Origin: Pavona decussata
Taxonomy: Eukaryota
Assembly: GCA_977016875.1 (NCBI GenBank)
Contig: CDRNST010000273.1
Coordinates: 3,162,001 to 3,226,000, forward strand
Direction of reading: 5' to 3'
Length of the DNA: 64,000 nucleotides
A program made the translations under genes and the position numbers. The notes under the pieces were generated by a model that ran no database searches, had not been told where the DNA came from, and was given only the letters and a program-made list of their open reading frames with translations. Shown piece by piece: positions 62,421 to 64,000 of this stretch (position 1 is its first letter; each line of letters begins with the position of its first letter).

Positions 62421-63264
62421 AATAGTATTTGTTTCCTGAACATCCTTTTTTGTTTCATTCCAGACTTTGCAGCAAATGTAGGAGGAGGAAAACCAGCAGT
62501 TATTAAGAATGCTCTACAAAATAAGACAACACTCACAACAAGATTGGAACAAAGGGGAAAGTAAATGAAGGAATATAAGTGTACTAAAGAGATGAATTTC
62601 CAGCTATTAAGGGATCATGACAATTATTCTGATCATGAAATCAAATTGTATTAATTACTTAATTTGTAATTGTCTTTCTAATGAACAATTAAGAGCAGTC
62701 AGGTTTTAATTTCTAAGGTAAGAGCTGTTTCGTAAACATTATGTATTGTCGGATATTAGACTTGTCTTTTTAACATTCCATTTCTTTTTCATTACATTTA
62801 ACCTCAACTTAAGCTGAGAATTTGGTGGAGGTAAAACTGCAATCAAACATTGTTATACACTGTAGGACTTTTTCTGTTGTATTTAGCAACACATACAGAA
62901 CTTGTTTGAAGTAGAAACAAAGGTACATTTTTATAGCTTAATTAACTAAGAAAGTGTTTCAGCTATTGTTACCCGTTGAGAGACAAACATTTTGCACACC
63001 AAGTTTATTGACTTCATTGCATTTTATACAGACAAAAAATAAAAGTCAAATCTACTTCTACTATTACCGTGTAAACATGCTTAATATTATAATAGTAGAC
63101 TGAATGTTTATGGGAGATTTTCATTGTTTACTGTTGTTAGCAAAAGGTTAAATCTTTATTGTGTCTTAATTCAACTAATTTTGCACATCCCGATGTGAAA
63201 AATTACCTCATATGACTGTACCTGTACCATCTGAGTAACGGGACAAGACCATACTCCAAGAGCA

Positions 63265-63465
63265 TTAGTATACTTAAAGAACACTTTTGCAGTAGAGTAT
63301 ACTAATCAAATTCAACAACTTATACCTTCTTTCCTTGTGTACTCCAAGTATACTTTTACATGACTTAATAGACTTGAAGTATACAAGAAGTATACTAAAA
63401 GTACATTTAGTGCAGTATACTTTAATTACAGATACAGTAGACTTAAAGTATATTATATTTGGGTA
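63265..63465. repeat. Degenerate AAGTATACTT-motif repeat
   Basis: The AGTATACT palindrome and variants recur about every 20-30 bp. Confidence 0.55.
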
Positions 63466-64000
63466 AGGGATGTTATCAAGTTCCAACGAACAAGAAAATC
63501 GGCTACTAAAGTTGCCTCCAACTCAGTCCTTAACAAGCGAAATCAAATTGCCGTCAAAAAGGTTTGAAAGCCCGCCACAAGCCTTGAGATCCTGTGTCAG
63601 ATAACTTGATTTACTGTGCTTTCAGGGCCGAAAGAAGAGCATATTACAGAAAATGCATGAAAGCTGGTGTCTCTGAATCAGTACCTTTCACTGATAATTG
63701 ACAGAATGGATCAGTCAAAGGCTAACCTGATTACGCAAACTGCCTTTCAAAAGTAAGTCAATTTTAAATCGAAAGAAACAATTTGTTCTCTATCATACTA
63801 AACCAAACATGCCGTTAACCTATAATTCATTCCTCTTTCTTCTACGTCTGTAGGACGAAACTTACCATTTCCTTAAGACACACATTACCGGGGCCATTAC
63901 CCATGGAGATGGACAGATTTTCTCATTTATTGATTTGATGAGATGGCCACATGATTCGAACTTGACCTTGAATGTTCTACTCAAGATATTCATGGAATTA

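Noticed and set aside
62420-63100. Right TIR of the pogo element
   Set aside because: No convincing inverted pair with a TA TSD was found on either side, so the element boundaries were left undefined.

Overview
AT-rich eukaryotic (animal) DNA with spliceosomal introns. The repeat and transposon repertoire suggests a cnidarian, probably a stony coral; that assignment is an inference. I see no recognisable host housekeeping gene: the window is almost entirely nested transposable elements. In order it holds: (1) a Kolobok-type relic (transposase plus a convergent KolX/P2X7-ballast-like exon) whose intron carries a complete 8.7-kb Sola1-type element (54-bp TIRs, ATAT TSD, near-intact transposase, 12-copy ~115-bp internal array, intact spliced BEN-domain gene); (2) a degraded middle region with CCHC knuckles, BEL/Pao, Tc1, SINE, HECT, LINE, AcademH-like, Crypton and Sola3-like relics; (3) a five-level nest. 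In that nest a BEL/Pao retroelement contains a 19-kb hAT5 element whose transposase has an N-terminal OTU-like domain. The hAT5 element contains a complete Harbinger and an 8.6-kb CAC...GTG element; the latter contains a Harbinger MITE, which contains a piggyBac. The CAC...GTG element has bipartite 12-17-9 termini, a 3-bp TSD, a RAG1/Transib-like transposase and a convergent orphan ORF. (4) The window ends with a pogo element, a divergent HIRAN-like ORF and a CR1-group LINE inserted in the pogo gene. The best candidates for undescribed systems are the RAG1/Transib-like two-gene element and the Sola1 + BEN + tandem-array unit. All family calls come from motif recognition by eye, not database searches.
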